64,000 bases of DNA from Thermoanaerobaculia bacterium (lineage in GTDB: Bacteria; Acidobacteriota; Thermoanaerobaculia; UBA5066), in NCBI GenBank assembly GCA_963816185.1, contig CAWFJJ010000028.1, forward strand, positions 448,001 through 512,000, read 5' to 3'. The position numbers and the translations under genes are program-made. Below are positions 60,456 through 64,000 of the stretch, one piece after another. The notes under the pieces are model-generated. The model did no database searches and was not told the origin of the DNA. It saw only the letters and a program-made list of their open reading frames with translations. Positions within the stretch are counted from its first letter, which is position 1; each line of letters begins with the position of its first letter.

Positions 60456-63400
60456 TGTTCCTCTCGAACCTCTCCATCAAGCGGCCCGTCTTCGCGACCG
60501 TCCTGATCCTCGCCCTGCTGACGCTGGGGCTCTTCTCCTACCGGCGCCTCGCGGTCGACATGTTCCCCGACATCGAGTTCCCCGTCGTCTCGATCACGAC
60601 CGAGCTTCCCGGCGCCTCGCCCGAGAGCGTCGAGCGCGAGGTGACGCGGCGCATCGAGGAGGCGGTCAACCCGATCCCGGGCGTCAAGCACGTCAGCTCC
60701 GACTCGCGCGAGGGGCTTTCCTCGGTGATCGTGGAGTTCGAGCTGAACGTCAAGGTGAACGACGCCTCGCAGGACGCGCGGGCGCGCATCACCGCCATCC
60801 GCCGCGAGCTCCCGGAGGCGATGAAGGACCCCGTCATCCAGAAGATGGACATCGGCGGGATGCCGATCGTCTCGCTCGCCGTCCGCTCCACGACGCTGGG
60901 GCCGAGGGAGCTCTCCACGCTCGTCGAGCGCCGGGTCAAGAGGCGCCTCGAGAACGTACCGGGCGTCGGCAAGGTGATGCTCGTCGGCGCGAGCAAGCGC
61001 GAGGTCAACGTCCTCCTGGATCCCTCGAGGCTCGAGGCCCTCGGGATGGGAGTGGACGAAGTCATCGCCGGCCTCTCATCCGAGAATGTCAACACGCCGC
61101 TCGGCCGGATCAATCGGGGAGACACCGAGGTGCCGCTCCGCGTCTCCGGCAAGGCCGAGGATGTCGCGGACTTCCAGAGGATGGTCATCGCGAGCAAGGG
61201 GGGGCACGCCGTCACCCTCGGCGAAGTCGGGACGATCGTGGACGGCATCGAGGAGCCCCGCTCCCTCGCGCTCGTAAACGGCGTCCCGTCCGTCGCCCTC
61301 AACATCCTCAAGCAGAGAAAGACGAACACCGTGGGTGTCGTCGACGCGGTAAAGAAGGAGATCGGGAAGCTCGAGACGGAGCTGCCCGCCGGCACCGACA
61401 TCGCGCTCGTGCGCGACGCCTCGCTCATGATCCGCGAGTCGGTCGAAGACGTGAGGACCACGCTGATCCTGGGCGGCTTCCTCACCGTGCTGATCGTCTT
61501 CTGCTTCCTGAACTCCTGGCGGTCCACGGTCATCACGGGGCTCACGCTCCCGATCTCCGTCATCTCCTCGTTCATCGCCATGTACTTCCTCGGAATGACG
61601 CTGAACGTGATGACGCTGATGGCTCTCTCGCTCGCGATCGGTCTCCTGATCGACGACGCCATCGTCGTCCGCGAGAACATCGTGAGGCATCTCGAGCGCG
61701 GCGCCGACCACTTCACCGCGGCGCGCGAGGGGACCGCCGAGATCGGCCTTGCCGTCCTCTCCACATCGCTCTCCATCGTCGCCGTCTTCGTGCCGGTGGC
61801 CTTCATGAAGGGGATCATCGGGCGCTTTTTCTTCCAGTTCGGCATCACGGTCACGTGGGCCGTCCTGATCTCGCTGTTCGTCTCCTTCACGCTCGACCCG
61901 ATGCTCTCCTCCCGCTGGGTCGACCCGGACATCGAGCGGAAGACGAACCGCCACGCGGTCGCGCGGGTCCTCGACCGCTTCAACGCCTGGTTCGACCGGA
62001 TGGCGGACCGGTACAAGCTCGTCATCGGCTGGGCGCTCGATCACCGCCGGACCGTTCTCCTTTCCGCCGCCGCGGCCTTCGCGGTCGGCCTGGCCCTTTT
62101 CGGGCTGCTCCAGGCCGAGTTCATGCCCCCCTTCGACAAGGGCGAGTTCCTCGTCCGCTTCAGGACGGCACCGGATGCGTCGCTCGCGGAGACGCGCGGC
62201 CGCCTCGAGGAGGCGCTGAAGCGGATCCGCGCGCTCCCCGAGGTGGCTCACACCTACGCCACGATCGGCGCGGCCGAGAACGAGACGGTGCGTGACGCGA
62301 CGATCTTCGTGAAGCTGAAGGAGCAAAGGGAGCGCAAACGAAAACAGAACGCGGTGATGCCCGACGTGCGCTGGCGACTCGGCGGGATCGCCGGGATCAT
62401 CCCCTCGGTCGAGGAAGATCCGGACAGCATGCAGAAGCCGATGCAGGTCCTCATCAAGGGAGAGGAGATCCCGCGCCTGAAGGAGTACGCCGCCGAGCTG
62501 AAGGCGAAGCTGCGGAAGATCCCGGGCATCGTCGACCTCGACGCGACCCTCGAGCAGGACCTGCCGGAGTACCGCCTCGAGGTGGACCGCGAGCGCTCGC
62601 GCGACGTGGGGATCTCCACCGATGCGATCGTCCGCACCGTCTCGGCGCTCGTCGGCGGCCAGATCGTCTCCACGTGGGACGACGAGGCGGGCGAATCGGT
62701 CAACGTTCGCGTCCGGCTTCCGGAAGCGCAGAGGCGTGACGTCACGCAGGTCGGTGACCTCAGGCTCGCGGTCGCCTCGCGAGGCCGGGGGCTGGTCCCG
62801 ATCGGCGACCTCGTCAAGACGCAGCGCGCCCTCTCCCCCTCGGAAATCACGCGGCGCGATCTGTCGCGCCAGGTCGTCGTCTCCTCGAACCTCGACCGCC
62901 TGCCGCTCGGCACAGCCGGAGAGAAGTCGATGGAGGCCGCCGGCACGCTGAAGATGGCGCCCGGCTACCGGGCCGTGATGGGGGGCGACACCGAATGGAT
63001 GATCGAGTCGTTCGGCTACATGGCCGAGGCGCTCGTCCTGGCCATCATCTTCGTCTACCTGATCCTCGCGGCGCAGTTCGAGAGCTTCATCGACCCGCTC
63101 TCGATCATGCTCTCGCTCCCCCTCTCGATCGTCGGGATGGCGGGAGCGCTCCTCCTGACGGGCGACACCGTGAACATCATGTCGCTCATCGGGCTGATCC
63201 TCCTGATGGGGCTCGTCACGAAGAACGCGATCCTCCTCGTCGACCGGGCCAAGACGCTGAGGAAAGGAGGAATGGACCGCCGCGAAGCTCTCATCTCAGC
63301 CGGACGGACACGCCTTCGCCCGATTCTGATGACGACGCTCGCGATGATCTTCGGCATGCTCCCGCTCGCCCTGGCCATCGGGCAGGGTGCCGAGATGCGC

Positions 63401-63574
63401 GCCCCGATGGCCCGCGCGGTCGTCGGCGGGCTGATCACCTCCACGATCCTCACCCTCATCGTCATCCCCGTCGTCTACACGTTTTTCGACGACCTCGCCG
63501 GCCTCATCCACCGGCGGTGGGCGAAGGCGAGCGCCGTCCAGACGAACCACCTCTCCGTCGACGCGGCTGCCCGG
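60455..63574 (+). CDS. RND efflux permease (AcrB/HAE1 family); no stop before the TolC-like region
   Basis: SIKRPVFA, GASPE.VE, IGLLIDDAIVVREN, GLVTKNAILLVD, RLRPILMTT, LTLIVIPVVY. Confidence 0.92.
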
Positions 63575-64000
63575 GTGAGCCAGGCGGCGCGAGAGCTGAA
63601 GGTCCCCGGAACGCTCGCCGTCCTTCTGGCCGCCCTCCTTCCGGGCGTCGCGCGTTCCGAAACGATGCAGACCGCCGTATCCGCGCCGTCCGGGACAGGC
63701 GTCGTCCTGACGCTCGACGAGGCGCTCAGCCTCGCCGCTTCGCAGGGACGCGACGTGGCCAAGGCGCACGAGTATCAGACCTGGGTGCGGGGGAAATACG
63801 TCGAGGAGCGCGCCGCCGCGCTTCCCGACGTGTCGCTCGTCGCCTCCTACAACCGGCAGTGGGACGAGAGCCTCAAGGCCTTCTTCGGCGATTTCATCCC
63901 CCCTGCGCAGAACAACCGCTACGCCGAGGTGCAGCTCTCGCAGACCCTCTTCGCGTGGGGCAAGGTCGGGGCGGCGCTGCGCGCGGCGAAGGCCGGTATC
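63575..64000 (+). CDS. TolC-family outer membrane channel (partial), in frame with the RND permease
   Basis: Signal-like LAVLLAALLPGVARS, then LTLDEALSLA, AAALPDVSL, LSQTLFAWGK. Confidence 0.75.
   Translation, partial: MSQAARELKVPGTLAVLLAALLPGVARSETMQTAVSAPSGTGVVLTLDEALSLAASQGRDVAKAHEYQTWVRGKYVEERAAALPDVSLVASYNRQWDESLKAFFGDFIPPAQNNRYAEVQLSQTLFAWGKVGAALRAAKAGI

Noticed and set aside
60182-60457. Adaptor C-terminus in frame with the RND permease (apparent MFP-RND fusion)
   Set aside because: A TGATG stop/start overlap sits at 60453-60457 and the adaptor gene already has three indels; a fourth is the simpler explanation.

Overview
High-GC bacterial chromosomal segment. Gene content suggests Acidobacteriota, Thermoanaerobaculia-like (fused LptF/G, miaB-DUF151-parA-parB order, a characteristic secreted C-terminal domain); this assignment is inference. 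Bases 1-40 kb are housekeeping genes. A + strand run (lpxB, msbA, yicC, gmk, rpoZ, udg, priA, accA, recJ, lptC/A, lptB, rpoN, hpf, hprK, rapZ, PTS, miaB, parA/parB-like, lptFG) converges at about 30 kb with a - strand run (ahcY, sahR-like, metK, rsmD, cca, dnaE). A XerCD dif site at 27590-27617 suggests this is the replication terminus. Bases 40-64 kb are accessory: acyl-CoA ligase-GNAT fusion, propeller sensor, MFS, HAD-ATPase/PRTase/archease/RtcB, 9-heme cytochrome, DUF5666 protein and a TetR-RND locus. Several of these genes carry frameshifts that may be sequencing indels. The three most notable signals are: (1) a family of paired, inward-facing AT-rich arms (TTTTCTTAGAAGGTGAATAGGG ... CCCTATTCACCTTCTAAGAAAA) with unrelated spacers, found at nine loci both between and inside genes; (2) a divergent ParA/ParB pair directly beside dif; (3) a 1,320-bp glycosyltransferase cassette bounded by a 67-bp duplication of the accA promoter and 5' end.
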